DNA of 20,000 nucleotides. Source: Vicugna vicugna. Lineage: Eukaryota. Of the stretch, positions 19,440 to 20,000 are shown one piece after another. The notes under the pieces were generated by a model. It had not been told where the DNA came from and did no database searches. It saw nothing but the letters and a program-made list of their open reading frames with translations. The translations under genes and the position numbers were made by a program. The first letter of the stretch is position 1. The number at the start of each line of letters is the position of its first letter. The stretch is taken from the NCBI GenBank assembly GCA_013265495.1, contig PNXW01004639.1, positions 368,175 through 388,174 of the forward strand, in the 5' to 3' direction.

Positions 19440-19835
19440 CTGGAACTTTACATTTATATTCAGAGTTTTTCTGGTCCTCTTGCTTATCCTCCAACAGGAC
19501 GACACATACTCTCTGCAGAGCCCTTGATCTTGCTTGGATGCTGTTCCATAGTGTGTGCGTCACTCCCTCTGTCACTTTTTTACAATTTCTCCTAATTTAC
19601 CTTTCCTAGTTACACTCAATGCACAACCTGCTTCTATCAGTCACCCTCTATAGTTTTGTCGTAGCTTTTACCTATTATAAAAACTATTTGTTTATTTATT
19701 TGTGTCCATCTCCCTCACTATAGAGTGTAAATTTCATGAGAATAGCTTTATTTCCTACTACAATTCCAGTCCTTAGAGCAATGTCTGGCTCATAGTAAGC
19801 AATTACTCTACATATTTGTTATGTAACAGAATGAA
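19440..19835 (+). mobile_element. L2a-like LINE 3' end
   Basis: tttatttatttgtgtccatctccctcactatagagtgtaaatttcatgagaatag ... ttccagtccttagagcaatgtctggctcatagtaagc ... catatttgttatgtaacagaatgaa is a canonical L2a terminus. Confidence 0.85.
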
Positions 19836-19955
19836 CACAAAGACCATAAAGACAATCTTCATGCAGGAGCTTAGAAGATAATTAAATCTTGATACATTTA
19901 AGGATTTTTACATTATACAGCTTTAAAAATCACATCTCAGGGGCTTGGTCAGTGA

Positions 19956-20000
19956 TTTTTTTTTCTTAACATTTTTTATTGATTTATAATCATTTTACAA
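19956..20000 (-). mobile_element. 3' end of a young L1 (camelid L1-like), runs off the window
   Basis: Poly-T at 19956-19964, then cttaacattttttattgatttataatcattttacaa. TTTATT at 19975-19980 is AATAAA on the minus strand. It matches my recall of the Camelus/Vicugna L1 3' terminus. Confidence 0.7.

Noticed and set aside
5860..20000. Strand bias of LTR/L1 insertions as a clue to host-gene orientation
   Set aside because: Elements occur on both strands in similar numbers, so no inference is possible.

Overview
AT-rich, CpG-poor placental-mammal genomic DNA, intergenic or deep intronic. I find no supportable protein-coding gene, RNA gene, CRISPR array or prokaryotic system. The listed ORFs are short, match no protein family I recognise, and several lie inside repeats. 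The window is a mosaic of old interspersed repeats (MIR, L2 3' ends, L1M, MLT1 LTRs) and younger insertions. The younger ones are two complete ERV1-type solo LTRs, each with TG..CA ends and a 4-bp target-site duplication (8419-8889, 13833-14478), and an L1 3' end at the right edge that resembles camelid L1. Two structures are most interesting. One is a TSD-flanked, extremely 5'-truncated L1 that appears to carry a ~150-bp 3' transduction (19181-19418). The other is an unassigned, highly degenerate ~40-bp tandem array (11722-12396). Repeat family names come from my recall of consensus sequences, not from a database search.
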